A stretch of DNA of 44,450 nucleotides from Myxococcota bacterium (GTDB lineage Bacteria > Myxococcota_A > UBA796 > GCA-2862545). The stretch spans positions 1-44,450 of the forward strand of contig JBCCQY010000063.1 of the NCBI GenBank assembly GCA_039208735.1, given 5' to 3'. The translations under genes and the position numbers were made by a program. The notes under the pieces were generated by a model. The model ran no database searches. It was not told where the DNA came from and saw only the letters and a list, made by a program, of their open reading frames with translations. Below are positions 1 to 10,125 of this stretch, one piece after another (position 1 is the stretch's first letter; each line of letters starts with the position of its first letter).

Positions 1-716
1 ACATACCGTCCGTTCACGACCTGGTTCATGATTTCAACCAGGTCGTCCCCATCAAAGGCCCGACGATGGGTCACCAATTCGTAGAGGATGGCCCCCAGCG
101 AGAACACATCCGCTTCAGGCCCCACGCTTTTGGTGTTGCGCATCTGTTCGGGCGACATGTACTGCGGCGTGCCAAACACCAGTCCCGTGCGCGTCAGGGC
201 CCCGGGCTCAGGACTTTCAAGCACCTTCGCGATGCCAAAGTCCGTAATCTTCGGCACCACCGTTTCGCCCTTCGGTTCGAGCAGAATGTTGGCGGGTTTC
301 AGATCGCGATGGATGATCTGATGGCGGTGGGCCTCCTCGACGCCGGAAAGGATGCCGCGGGCGAGGTGGTCCGCTTGCTTCAGATCGGGCGGAGCCACCT
401 CGAGGAGACGGTCGAGGGCCGGGCCCAACACCAGCTCCATCACAACCCCCGGGGCGCCCCCTTCGAGGTCGACCAAATCGGTAACCGTGACCAAATTCGG
501 GTGCTTGAGCGTCGCCTGTACCCGACCTTCTTGGACCAGGCGCTGCCGAATCGTCGCCGAACCCAAATGGAGGACCTTCATGGCGTGTTCGGTGCCCAAG
601 CGCGTGTGGCGCACCCGATACACGGTAGCCATTCCGCCGGAGCCTAGTGTACCGAGCACCGCGTACCGATCGATCACATCGCCGACTTGCGGCAACCCTG
701 GCTCGACAGAAGGCAT
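1..716 (-). CDS. Hanks-type Ser/Thr protein kinase (N-terminal part; runs off the left edge of the window)
   Basis: Not in the ORF track. Manual translation from ATG at 716 gives MPSVEPGLPQVGDVIDRYAVLGTLGSGGMATVY...AMKVL...HRDLKPANILL...KITDFGIAK...GTPQYMSPEQ...DVFSLG, i.e. the core kinase subdomains. Confidence 0.95.
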   Translation of the reverse strand, partial: MPSVEPGLPQVGDVIDRYAVLGTLGSGGMATVYRVRHTRLGTEHAMKVLHLGSATIRQRLVQEGRVQATLKHPNLVTVTDLVDLEGGAPGVVMELVLGPALDRLLEVAPPDLKQADHLARGILSGVEEAHRHQIIHRDLKPANILLEPKGETVVPKITDFGIAKVLESPEPGALTRTGLVFGTPQYMSPEQMRNTKSVGPEADVFSLGAILYELVTHRRAFDGDDLVEIMNQVVNGRY

Positions 717-717
717 G

Positions 718-1344
718 CTACTCCCACACGAGGACGACGGTCAGTCCTGGCGATCGACCGACCCGCGGGGCCCAATGGCTGCGGATGCGTCGACGTTCAA
801 CGTGTGCTGACGAGGCTTTCAACTGCAGTTCCTTTCGGGACCCATTGTTGTCAGACTGCTGAAGCACCGCGCCAGTGTAGGCGCCGATCTCGGCGAGCAA
901 AGCGTACAGACGAAGCTCGGTAGCAAGGCCGGGATCCTGTTGCTCAACCGCAGCGGAGGCCACCCGAAGGGCGACATCCGCCCCGAAGAGACCCCAGGCT
1001 GCATAGCCCCAATTCCGGTCGGGGGGGCGCCCTAATGCGCCGAGCGCTCGAGCCGAACGGAAGGCCGCTCCGTTCATAATGGGCGCTCCCGCAAGCTCGC
1101 CCAGACCACCGACCACACTTAGGCCAGGGGTATTCGTCGCAAACCCAAGCAAATCAAGGGCCAGGCCGGTGCCCCCCACCGCAATGCCGACCTTGTAGAT
1201 GGTCCTCGCGCGCCGGTCCACCGTGACCCATCGCGTCAGCTCAGGTGCCTGACTCAGCGTGGAGGGCGGAGGAGGAGACGCCGATTGCCCCCATGAGAGT
1301 ATTGGAAAGGCAAGGAGCCAGACTCCGAATCCCATCGCGCCCAT
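718..1344 (-). CDS. Hypothetical exported/membrane protein
   Basis: Signal-peptide-like N-terminus and several Gly/Ala-rich hydrophobic segments. Its stop abuts the kinase start on the same strand. Confidence 0.6.
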   Translation of the reverse strand: MGAMGFGVWLLAFPILSWGQSASPPPPSTLSQAPELTRWVTVDRRARTIYKVGIAVGGTGLALDLLGFATNTPGLSVVGGLGELAGAPIMNGAAFRSARALGALGRPPDRNWGYAAWGLFGADVALRVASAAVEQQDPGLATELRLYALLAEIGAYTGAVLQQSDNNGSRKELQLKASSAHVERRRIRSHWAPRVGRSPGLTVVLVWE

Positions 1345-1393
1345 TGGCCGACCTCCCGACGACCCCTATCTCATTTCGATATGGGTCCTGGCG

Positions 1394-2062
1394 ATGATGA
1401 TTGTCGCATTCTTCCTGTGGGGGCTCGCCGGGTGCTCTCCTCGCCACCTCTCCAAACAAGCCGACATGCTTGCGATTGGCGACAGCATTCTCGAGGCGAA
1501 CGTTGGACGAGGGGGCTCCATTCCCGAAATCGCCGCCCGACGGACCGGTCATAGAGTCCGCAACGTGGCCGTAAGCGGGGCTTGGGCAACGCCTGGTGGC
1601 GGGGTGCAGACCATCCCCGAGCAACGCATCGCTGGGAAGTGGGCGTGGATTTTCATGAATGGTGGTGCCAACGACCTCAATGGCCGCTGCCGCTGCACCG
1701 ACTGCGCCTCCGTGATGGACGAACTCATCACCCGAGATGCCCAAAGGGGTGTGCTCGTCAATATCGTCGAGGAGGCGCTTGCCACCGGCGCTCGTGTTGT
1801 GTTCCTGGGGTACCCGGAAATGCCGAAAGGAGCCAAGTACGGATTCGATCGATGCGGGGATGAACTCGCGGAACATCGAAAGAGGGTGTCACGGCTGGCA
1901 GACCGGCTCCCGGGAATGTGGTTCGTTGACGCATCGCGGATTGCAGGCAGGGACGACCTCCCTCTCTTCATCGAAGATCGAGTTCATCCCTCGATCGAGG
2001 GGAGCCGTATGATGGGCGAAGCCGCGGCCAAGGCCATTCTCCAAGCGGAAGGACGTCGGTAG
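1394..2062 (+). CDS. SGNH/GDSL-family hydrolase, lipoprotein
   Basis: IGDS (block I), SGA (II), GGANDL (III) and DRVHP (V). Start moved to ATG 1394, which gives a LAGC lipobox and removes the overlap with the divergent gene. Confidence 0.9.
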   Translation: MMIVAFFLWGLAGCSPRHLSKQADMLAIGDSILEANVGRGGSIPEIAARRTGHRVRNVAVSGAWATPGGGVQTIPEQRIAGKWAWIFMNGGANDLNGRCRCTDCASVMDELITRDAQRGVLVNIVEEALATGARVVFLGYPEMPKGAKYGFDRCGDELAEHRKRVSRLADRLPGMWFVDASRIAGRDDLPLFIEDRVHPSIEGSRMMGEAAAKAILQAEGRR

Positions 2063-2170
2063 CCGGGTGGTGGGCTTTCGACGGACACGCCAATTCCTTG
2101 CGTTGTCACTCGCCGATGTTCGGGCCGCGGACCCAAGGCCCCCCCTTCTTGGAGTGAGGACCGGCCTCCG

Positions 2171-2962
2171 TTAGAGGGCCAGCCCAAACGACCCATAGAA
2201 GTAGTAGCCGGGGCTTAGCTCACCCTCGACGATGACTTCGTCGGCCGGAATCTCCACGAGGTCTCTGTCCTTGCGAAGGGGAGAGCCTTCATCATCGAGC
2301 GCAAAGCCCGTCGCGATGCAATCATTTTGATGCGTCAAGGCTCCGCCTCCCGGTGCTTTCAGTCGCTGGTCCGGCAGCCCGATCCCGCAACCAACCTCGT
2401 TGCCTTCAAGCTCCCGGGCGGGAGCCGGATCCCCAATGGCAACATAGAGGTCCGCCCATCGGCCCGATGGCGTCTCCGTGAAGATTTCCAACACGGAGGA
2501 GTTTCCAAAGGGATGTGAGGCATTGGAGTCGATGTCGAATCCTTCGCACTCGTTGACGATCGAGTCGTCCGAAGGGTTCCAATCCCATCCCCATGGATTG
2601 TTGCCCATAGGACCCGTCCGCAGCTCGCCTTCATCGAGCAAGAGTCGGATGTAGCAATAGTTGTCGACGTCGTCGAATTCGATGGTCCACGACTCTGTAA
2701 ACACGAGCAGCCGGTACTCGCTCGTATAGGTAACGGTATCATCCGTGAACGTGGTAGCCCGGAAGCCATCCCAGGCTATGGACCCGGTAAACAGGACACC
2801 TCCGGTATTGAATTCGATCAGTTCTTCGACCGTTTCAAGGGTTTCGGTGGTGAACGATGGCAAGGGAACCGGATCACCGCAGTTATCGCCCTGACAATCT
2901 GCATCTCGGCATGCACTGCCGAACACAGATAGACCAAGCCACATCATCATAAGATGACGCAT
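2171..2962 (-). CDS. Hypothetical acidic lipoprotein
   Basis: GGAGG SD before the ATG, lipobox-like GSAC and a very acidic mature region. No family recognised. Confidence 0.7.
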   Translation of the reverse strand: MRHLMMMWLGLSVFGSACRDADCQGDNCGDPVPLPSFTTETLETVEELIEFNTGGVLFTGSIAWDGFRATTFTDDTVTYTSEYRLLVFTESWTIEFDDVDNYCYIRLLLDEGELRTGPMGNNPWGWDWNPSDDSIVNECEGFDIDSNASHPFGNSSVLEIFTETPSGRWADLYVAIGDPAPARELEGNEVGCGIGLPDQRLKAPGGGALTHQNDCIATGFALDDEGSPLRKDRDLVEIPADEVIVEGELSPGYYFYGSFGLAL

Positions 2963-3044
2963 ACCCCTCCTTCATAGCAGTATTTCACTGCAACACCTGT
3001 ACTGCGATAGGTGTCAAGGAGAGTACGCCTGTTAACCAAAAGAG

Positions 3045-3893
3045 TTACTCCACCTTTCGTTCACGCCGTTCGCCCATCACCAGGTGCTGTTCCAAGCGTC
3101 CTCGCTGGGCCGCATAGAACGCCCCGAGGAACGGTCGAACCGGCTTGGGTGGTTCTTTGAGTCCAAGCTTTTTGGCGATACGAGACGCCACATCCTCCAA
3201 GAGGTCAACGTCGTCGATGCGATCTCGCAAAATGGTCTCGAGCACCTGGAGTTCCCGAATCCCGTACAGATCGAGCTGCTCCTTGGTAAAGGTAAACCCT
3301 GCGTCCGCACGATCAACGAGGTCTGGCCGTAGCACCGCTTTGGGCCGGTTCACAACCACGGTGCCCGCCAAAAGATCCCCAATTCGTGCGCCCTCCGGAT
3401 GACCCATTGGAAACAAGATGAGAAAGAGCGTCCATGCGATGAGCGCGAGGATGGGAATGAGCCCGACCTCATCGCCAAACAGCAGTTGAGGGGCGGCGAG
3501 TGCCGACAAAGGTAGGAACAGTTCCGGTTCCCGGGTGAAGTTTCGGGCAAGCAACATCTCTGCCGTGAGCGGCCCGCCATCCCGGCTTACGACCACCAAA
3601 CCCATGAACCGTTTGCCGGGGCTCGCTCCATGAAACGCCAGCTCTGCACCCGCAAAGTAGAACGTGCGGATCACGAAGGACAGGACGAGACCTGCGGCAA
3701 TTCCCAACTCCCCAAAGAGCAGTCCCAACCCTAGGCCGCTCGCCAACGTTAGCAGCGCTTGCAGGATCGTGTCGATGAAAAAGGCCAGGAGTCGACTTGC
3801 GGGATCGGCCAAGGCGAATTGGACCTCGACATTTTCGGGTGTGGATTGGCCGAGCCACGTTCGCTGGCGAGCATCACGTCGGATTCGACTCAT
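3045..3893 (-). CDS. RDD family protein
   Basis: TPENVEV...LADPASRLLAFFID, SPGKR, RIGDLLAGTVVV. ATG 3893 overlaps the upstream stop (ATGA). Confidence 0.92.
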   Translation of the reverse strand: MSRIRRDARQRTWLGQSTPENVEVQFALADPASRLLAFFIDTILQALLTLASGLGLGLLFGELGIAAGLVLSFVIRTFYFAGAELAFHGASPGKRFMGLVVVSRDGGPLTAEMLLARNFTREPELFLPLSALAAPQLLFGDEVGLIPILALIAWTLFLILFPMGHPEGARIGDLLAGTVVVNRPKAVLRPDLVDRADAGFTFTKEQLDLYGIRELQVLETILRDRIDDVDLLEDVASRIAKKLGLKEPPKPVRPFLGAFYAAQRGRLEQHLVMGERRERKVE

Positions 3894-4891
3894 GCAACGC
3901 CCCCCGCCCGCCGGCCGAAGAACCCGAAGTACACCAGCCAAAGGAGTGCGGAGGACAACGCCACCGACCACCGCACGGTGTCGTTAAGGACCAACTGCCG
4001 AAAGAACCCTTCGAGTCCTCCTGCGATGAAGAACAATCCGATGGCGCCCAAGACCACCCCTGCGGCACGTTGACCTGCCAAAAGCAGCGCGTCACGTCGC
4101 GACCAGGCACCCGGCAGGACCAAGGCTCGTCCTACGTGGAGCCCCGCTGCACCGCACAGGACCACCGCCAGTAACTCTGTGACCCCATGAGGAAGCAACC
4201 ACCCCCACAATTCGAAGTTGAGGTCGCAGCGGTGATAGATCGCCGCGAATGCCCCGAGCATGAGGCCGTTGGTAAAGACGATCAATGCCGTGGGTACGCC
4301 ACCCGCAAACCCAATTCCGAAGGCAAGCAAACCGATACGGGCATTGTGAGCGAAGAGAAATGCGGCAAACGCCGCAAGCCCCTGCTGGCCACCATCCGAA
4401 TACAGTGGTTCTCGGAGTTCGAGGCAGGAGGCGGTCGGTCCGCGTCCGTTGGCGAGCGCTGCGTCGACGAAGCTGTAGAACCGCTCGGGTTCAGCGTCGG
4501 TAAGCACAAATCCTACCGCCGTACCTAAAACGAGCAGTCCTCCTGAAACGAGAAGCTCTGCGGCCAGGGCACGGACCCGAGCGGGGAATCCCCCCGCCAC
4601 AAACTCAAGGCCAAGTTCGAAAAGCCCACGCCGATTGCCATAGACCACGACGTAAGCTCGCGCGGCCAAGGCTTCGAGGTATTCGAGCAGGTTGGCATCC
4701 AGTGAGATCGACCGGGCGACTGACAGGGACGACAGAACGGCGCGGTAGAGCGCAGGCAACCGATAGCGGTCTTCCGCCGACAAGACCGACAGCCCGTATT
4801 GGTCCACCTGATCAAGGAGCACCTCCAGGTCCACCCAGGACTGTTCACGCTCCAGGCGAAACTGCCGAGACTTGAGCTGGAAATCGGCCAC
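3890..4891 (-). CDS. Stage II sporulation protein M (SpoIIM/DUF95) family membrane protein
   Basis: LFAHNARI, NGLMLG, LLPHGVTEL and AGGLEGF motifs; multiple TM segments; lies in the MoxR cluster. Confidence 0.92.
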   Translation of the reverse strand: MADFQLKSRQFRLEREQSWVDLEVLLDQVDQYGLSVLSAEDRYRLPALYRAVLSSLSVARSISLDANLLEYLEALAARAYVVVYGNRRGLFELGLEFVAGGFPARVRALAAELLVSGGLLVLGTAVGFVLTDAEPERFYSFVDAALANGRGPTASCLELREPLYSDGGQQGLAAFAAFLFAHNARIGLLAFGIGFAGGVPTALIVFTNGLMLGAFAAIYHRCDLNFELWGWLLPHGVTELLAVVLCGAAGLHVGRALVLPGAWSRRDALLLAGQRAAGVVLGAIGLFFIAGGLEGFFRQLVLNDTVRWSVALSSALLWLVYFGFFGRRAGGVA

Positions 4892-6174
4892 TAGATCCGC
4901 TCCCGTCTTGCAATGTCGAGGTATCGATTGACAAGCGTAGGCCCAACGATGGCAGGAGAGGCATCCACGCAGAGCACCCCGAGCTTGTCGAGGCGACCGT
5001 TCACAAGTGCCCGTTCTGCGAGGAAGCTCTCGGCAACCAGCGATCGATCGACGTCAGCGAAGTCGTGAAGGGGTGCGGTGGCAATCGCATCCAGGCGAGG
5101 GTCGCGTAGTGACACAAACATGGTCAAGTGTCGTCGCGCGACCCGTGCCAGATTCTCGACCATGAGTTCCGCCGTGACGGTATCGACAAAGTCGGTCAAG
5201 ACTACGACGAGCGATCGTCGCGATAGCCGACTCATCAGCGTGGTCAACCCGAGCGTGAAATTGGTTTCGGCATCGCTGTAGTCGAGCCGTGCCGCCTGAT
5301 CGACGAAACTCGCCAACGCCCGCATTCCCGGTCGAGGAGGAACGAACCGATCGGGACGGTCCGCAAACGTAAACAGACCCGCTCGGTCCCCATGGCGCAA
5401 ACTCACCCATGCGAGCAACAACGCAGCGTGAACCGCGTGATCGAGTCGAGGAACCCCCTCGATGGGCTCCGCCATGAGGCGGCCCGTGTCCACGGCGAGG
5501 ATGATTTGATGGTTGCGCTCAGCCCGAAACTCGCGGGCCAGCAGTTTCGTGTGGCGGGCGGATGCCTTCCAGTCGATCGTTCGCCGATCCATACCCGGCA
5601 TGAATTCTCGCAAGGCGTCGAATTCGGAGCCGTCGCCCGCAAATCGCTCCACTTTGAGCCCGGATTGGCCATCTCGCCCCCCGAAGAACTGGAGCGCTTG
5701 AGCTTGGACCTTGGGAACATCAGGCAGAATCGGGATGGCTTCGTCGACCGGAAAGGACGTCACCCGCCGGACCAATCCAAGCGGCCCTCCATGCCTTAGC
5801 CACACACGCCAGACCTGCAGTTCACCCCGCCGCTCGGGCACAATGCGCACATCGACACTCGACGCCTCCACCACCGTCGAGGAAGCTTCTTCGGAGTGCT
5901 CGACCCGAACTACGGCGTTGGCATCGGAGAGTCCGTGTACGGTGAGGGTGATGTCGTGGCGGCTTCCCACGTAGAACTGTCGGGGCCAATCGGCCTCGAG
6001 GCGCAACTGCCGACGACCCGGAACGAGGACGGCATCGATCCCGACAAAGAGCGACACCAATGCAACACAGACCGTCCACACAGGCCACGTGCGCTCATCG
6101 ATCAATGCCGGCAACAGCGCCACAACCGTCGTAGCTAGGATCACAACCAGGGTGCGAGGGGTGGGATGCAGCAT
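4891..6174 (-). CDS. DUF58 (vWA-like) MoxR partner protein
   Basis: GDGSEFDALREF..G.D.R.IDWKASAR, DTGRLM, LVVVLTDF; two N-terminal TM helices. Confidence 0.93.
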   Translation of the reverse strand: MLHPTPRTLVVILATTVVALLPALIDERTWPVWTVCVALVSLFVGIDAVLVPGRRQLRLEADWPRQFYVGSRHDITLTVHGLSDANAVVRVEHSEEASSTVVEASSVDVRIVPERRGELQVWRVWLRHGGPLGLVRRVTSFPVDEAIPILPDVPKVQAQALQFFGGRDGQSGLKVERFAGDGSEFDALREFMPGMDRRTIDWKASARHTKLLAREFRAERNHQIILAVDTGRLMAEPIEGVPRLDHAVHAALLLAWVSLRHGDRAGLFTFADRPDRFVPPRPGMRALASFVDQAARLDYSDAETNFTLGLTTLMSRLSRRSLVVVLTDFVDTVTAELMVENLARVARRHLTMFVSLRDPRLDAIATAPLHDFADVDRSLVAESFLAERALVNGRLDKLGVLCVDASPAIVGPTLVNRYLDIARRERI

Positions 6175-7163
6175 CAGCGGGGTGCGGCCACGGACTCGAG
6201 GATTTGCGTCAGCACCTGCCCGACCGTGGTCCGCTCGACCTCAGCCGCGGGTGTGAGGACCAGTCGATGCCGCAATACGGGCCGCACCATCGCTTTGACG
6301 TCGTCCGGAATGCCGTAGGCGCGTCCGTTTAGCGCGGCCCGCGTTCGAGACGCAGTGGCGAGCATGTTGGCGGCTCGAGGGGACGCACCGTGGAGCACAG
6401 CCGTGTGGTCGCGGGTCGATCGAACCACGTCCACCACATAGTCCACCATCTCGTCGGACAACCGGACGTTCCGTACGGTGGCACGGGCCTGGGCGAGGCT
6501 CGCGCGATCGGCCGCGGGTGTCAACGCAAAGTCGTCGAGCACGGGCATCGCCGATTGGTTTCCGTGCAGTTTGACGATGGCACGCTCTTCATCACGTGTA
6601 GGGTAGGGCACGTCGATCTTCAGCAGGAATCGGTCCAATTGGGCTTCGGGCAGCGGATATGTCCCCTCGTGCTCGATGGGATTCTGAGTCGCGACGACCA
6701 AGAAGTCGTCTGGCAAATCATGGGTTTCACCATCGATTGTGACCTGACGTTCTTGCATGGCCTGCAACAGTGCGGCCTGTGTCTTCGGTGGGGTCCGGTT
6801 GATTTCGTCAGCGAGCAGGAAGTCGGTAAAAATGGGACCTTTCGTCAGGGTGAAGCGACTGGTCTGAAAGTCGAACAAACTGGTGCCGACCACGTCTCCA
6901 GGCATCAAGTCCGGCGTAAACTGGATGCGCGAAAAACCCAGACCAAGGCAACGCGAGAACGTCCTCGCGAGCAACGTCTTCGCCGTTCCGGGAGGCCCTT
7001 CCATCAGCACGTGACCCTGGGCCAACAGTGCAATCAGTAGTGCTTCAACGACGTCCCCCTGCCCCACTACGACCTGCCCGATGCCTGCCCGCAGCGCGGT
7101 GGTGAGGTCGCGAAGCGCGTCGAGTTGTTCAGCGCTGACCGGCGGCTGGCTATCCGTTGGCAT
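6174..7163 (-). CDS. MoxR family AAA+ ATPase
   Basis: [14 protein letters not shown] (Walker A), [20 protein letters not shown] (Walker B), [22 protein letters not shown]. Start at MPTDSQ, preceded by a GAGAGGAG SD. Confidence 0.97.
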   Translation of the reverse strand: MPTDSQPPVSAEQLDALRDLTTALRAGIGQVVVGQGDVVEALLIALLAQGHVLMEGPPGTAKTLLARTFSRCLGLGFSRIQFTPDLMPGDVVGTSLFDFQTSRFTLTKGPIFTDFLLADEINRTPPKTQAALLQAMQERQVTIDGETHDLPDDFLVVATQNPIEHEGTYPLPEAQLDRFLLKIDVPYPTRDEERAIVKLHGNQSAMPVLDDFALTPAADRASLAQARATVRNVRLSDEMVDYVVDVVRSTRDHTAVLHGASPRAANMLATASRTRAALNGRAYGIPDDVKAMVRPVLRHRLVLTPAAEVERTTVGQVLTQILESVAAPR

Positions 7164-8343
7164 GGGTGATCTCCTCTCGCAAAACGCGGATGCGTCGGGC
7201 GAGGTGCAACGCACGACGACGTGGGGGGGATTCGGGAAGGCCGGCAATGGCCTTGGCAAGCCGCGAGGGGCGCTCTGCCGTGCCGTGCCGCGCACAGTGC
7301 CGTTCGAGCGCGTCTAGGCGCTCCTCTTCGGTGAGGCTCGCCGGGAATCCGAGCGCATCGGCCGCACGTCGCATCGTCGTGGCAAAGTAGCGGCGAAGCA
7401 CATGGGAACGGCGTGGCCCTTGCTGCAGCAGACGCACGGTCGACGTGATGAGTCCATCCTTGCCAGGCGGCAGGCGCGGAGGCACGCTCCGCAGCGGGCC
7501 AAAACGCACCGCCGCAGCAAGGACCGACAGCGCGAGCAGGCCGGTCAAATGGACCACAAAGATGCTCAACGGAAAGCTGGTCAGTTCCTGCCAGATCGAC
7601 GGGGCCTGTTCAAAGCCGTGAATGGTCTCGTCGAAGATGACGCCCGACGCTGACAAGTGGTCCCGCAACAGCGCATCGACAATCGCGGCATTGTCCCCTT
7701 GGCCAAGTCCGTGGGTGTTCCAAAGATCGGGGTCGGCGATAACGATGAGCGGTGGGTCGTCGGCACGTGGATAGGCACCGACGAGGACCCCCTCGTTGCA
7801 CCACACCAAGGGCTCCGCAAGCTCCGTGGCCAGCAACTGCGGCGAATGGGGCAACGTCGGCACTACGTCGCCGAGCGTCGTGGCGCACCCGGTGATCGCT
7901 TCGGGTCGAACCAAGGATCCGCCGGGATCCAGCCGGTCGACAAGAGGCTCAAGGGCCGCCGTCTCCCGCACCAGCCCGACGTTCGTGACCCATCCCCGGT
8001 CATCCTTCTGCCCTGTCCACTTTGGCAGACCTAGCACCACCGTGGCCCCTTGGTCAGAGGCGTCGCGGAGCACGTCCTGCAACTGAGCGCGGGCCTTGAT
8101 GGGTTCGAGCGCCAAGACCGGTACGGTGGGGCGCGCTCGAAGACCGGAATTCCAACGGCTCACGAGCACGGTTTGGCCTGAACGCTCGAGACTCTTCGCC
8201 AGCGCCAGGTAGCCGAGCGCCGATCGACTAAAGGCAGATGGATCGGCGGTTCGCGGGGGTGCCGGAGCTGCGGTCATCGACACGAAGAGGGTGATGACCA
8301 AGGCCACCGCCGCCCCTACTCCGGCCATTGCAAACCGGGTCAA
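7150..8343 (-). CDS. DUF4350-like domain membrane protein
   Basis: N-terminal TM helix, S..S....GY.AL, ADPDLWN..L...DNA, FDETIHG, second TM helix, then RFGP; typical position directly upstream of MoxR. Confidence 0.75.
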   Translation of the reverse strand: MTRFAMAGVGAAVALVITLFVSMTAAPAPPRTADPSAFSRSALGYLALAKSLERSGQTVLVSRWNSGLRARPTVPVLALEPIKARAQLQDVLRDASDQGATVVLGLPKWTGQKDDRGWVTNVGLVRETAALEPLVDRLDPGGSLVRPEAITGCATTLGDVVPTLPHSPQLLATELAEPLVWCNEGVLVGAYPRADDPPLIVIADPDLWNTHGLGQGDNAAIVDALLRDHLSASGVIFDETIHGFEQAPSIWQELTSFPLSIFVVHLTGLLALSVLAAAVRFGPLRSVPPRLPPGKDGLITSTVRLLQQGPRRSHVLRRYFATTMRRAADALGFPASLTEEERLDALERHCARHGTAERPSRLAKAIAGLPESPPRRRALHLARRIRVLREEITHANG

Positions 8344-9146
8344 ACCACCCCCAACTGCGGCTGAAGCGCGGCCCAGGCGGCCACGCAGCGATCGTACTGA
8401 TCACGGCTGAGCTCCTGGCCGCCAAACCACCACGCTTCTACGCCACTCACCAAGGTCGCGAGGTGTTCTCGAGCCGGTGCTTCGAGTTCGACCTGATCGA
8501 GGATCTCTCGGCTGGTGGCGCTATGGCGGGCCGCGAGTCCCCCGCGTGAGGCAAGCCGCCCAAGCGCAAGGAGGAGCATCGCATGAACCGCCTCGCCATA
8601 GCTTCCGTCGGAGGCGAACTCGGCCGGTGAGCGCTCCGGCTGGGGTACCCACGATGCCGCCGCGACCTCGTGGATGGGCGCCAACGGCGAATCTCGTCGT
8701 CGGATCGCGGCACGCGCCAGGGCAAACGCCAAAACCGCGATCACCACCAGGACCATCAAGATCACCAGGACCCAGAACACCGCTTGGCCCAGTTCCGCAG
8801 GGAGTGTGAGGGGTTGCGGGGGCGACGGTGGGGCAGACGGCGGCGCAGCATTGCTCCCCGAACGGCGCCCTCGGTCTACGGGAGGTTGGCCTGCCCAGGG
8901 TTCGCCTGGTACCTCGGAATCCGGAGATCCCTCTGCGCCGGACGCGGTCGACGGGGGCCTCTCCGACCTTGCGTTCGACGTCTCCTCCAACGGCGGTGAC
9001 GCCTCGGAGAACCCAGGAAGCGAATCCTGATAGGCGTCATCGTTGAGGACCGACCCCACATGGTCGCGAAGTCCCGGATCGGCGAGGGCAGGCGATGTGC
9101 CAAGCAGCCCCCAGGCGAAGGTCAACACACGCATCCAAGGCTTCAT
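8340..9146 (-). CDS. DUF4129-like domain protein
   Basis: Signal peptide, Pro-rich linker, TM helix, then G.YGEAVH...SATSRE...E..WFGG...Y. Confidence 0.8.
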   Translation of the reverse strand: MKPWMRVLTFAWGLLGTSPALADPGLRDHVGSVLNDDAYQDSLPGFSEASPPLEETSNARSERPPSTASGAEGSPDSEVPGEPWAGQPPVDRGRRSGSNAAPPSAPPSPPQPLTLPAELGQAVFWVLVILMVLVVIAVLAFALARAAIRRRDSPLAPIHEVAAASWVPQPERSPAEFASDGSYGEAVHAMLLLALGRLASRGGLAARHSATSREILDQVELEAPAREHLATLVSGVEAWWFGGQELSRDQYDRCVAAWAALQPQLGVV

Positions 9147-9887
9147 TCAGTCAAACACCGAGGCGAGTTCATCAGAGTCGATGCCTTCTTTGCTGACGCG
9201 AAGGTCGTGGTAGGTCACCGCGGTAAACACGGCTCCTAGGGCAATGATGAACGAGCTTAGGAAGGCGTTGACCAACGGTCCAACCAACGGAACCGTGCCC
9301 TGCAACGGAAGCGCCAAGGCACTCGCCACCATCCCCGCCACGTTGTTGAACACCGCTACCAAGAAGATGATCCCGAAAATCGGCCAACGATGGTTGGTGG
9401 TCAAGACGTCGCTACGCCGCAGTCCATCCGTCGCATCTAGATTTTCCACAACCACCGCCGGCAGCCCGACGTACCACATGGTCTGGAGAACGAGCCCGGG
9501 AATCACACACAACATCGTGCCCAAGCCAATCGCGATGTTCGAAATCACCGAGTAGATAAAGACCGTTCCCAAGCGAGAGAGTCCAGTTTGGATGCACTCC
9601 GAGAACGAGGCACGTTCCCCTCGAAGCCGGCGAAACACGCCATGGATAAGGGCCGCCGTGGCGAGCTGTATCGCAATGGAGAACAGCATCAGGGTGACCA
9701 ACCCAAGTCCAATGAGCGCTGGACCCTGGGCGTCCAACGCTCCGCTTTGGATCAATGCCATCACGCCAAGATTCAAGATCACGAATGGCGCGTAGACCAC
9801 CAAGGTCAGGCTCAGGAAAAGAGGTAGATCCTGAAAGAAGATGGAAAGGGAGCGGTTGAAGACTGAACCTATCGAAAAGGGTGTCAT
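9147..9887 (-). CDS. Integral membrane protein of the MoxR cluster
   Basis: About six TM segments, LCVIPG, VVVE..A..GLRRS..LT...W, and C-terminal YHDLRVSKEGID. First gene of the operon. Confidence 0.8.
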   Translation of the reverse strand: MTPFSIGSVFNRSLSIFFQDLPLFLSLTLVVYAPFVILNLGVMALIQSGALDAQGPALIGLGLVTLMLFSIAIQLATAALIHGVFRRLRGERASFSECIQTGLSRLGTVFIYSVISNIAIGLGTMLCVIPGLVLQTMWYVGLPAVVVENLDATDGLRRSDVLTTNHRWPIFGIIFLVAVFNNVAGMVASALALPLQGTVPLVGPLVNAFLSSFIIALGAVFTAVTYHDLRVSKEGIDSDELASVFD

Positions 9888-10125
9888 GACGGGGCCTTGG
9901 AGTACAGGGGTCAGGGTCGCCACAGTGGCAATCCACTCTACGTCAGGGTTCGCCCAAGATTTCAAGTCGCAGCATCAGCTTGTCGATGTGGACGCTGGAA
10001 AGCGGCTTGCTGAAGAGGCCAATCGTCGAGAGAACGACCCGAGTTCGAACGGGGCGGAGCTTCGCCCAAAGACGGGAGGCAGGGTCGAGACGGCGTTAGG
10101 GAGGGAAGACCTACCGGAGGCGGCG

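Noticed and set aside
66..647. 193-aa plus-strand ORF
   Set aside because: Antisense shadow of the Ser/Thr kinase, which has clear motifs on the minus strand.
6390..7040. 216-aa plus-strand ORF
   Set aside because: Antisense shadow of the MoxR ATPase.
9841..10125. N-terminal extensions in the ORF track (also starts at 1259, 3971, 7295, 13347, 16486, 25960, 27068, 34465, 39666, 40325, 40849, 42736)
   Set aside because: Most overlap neighbouring genes and lack SD or motif support; downstream starts fit better.
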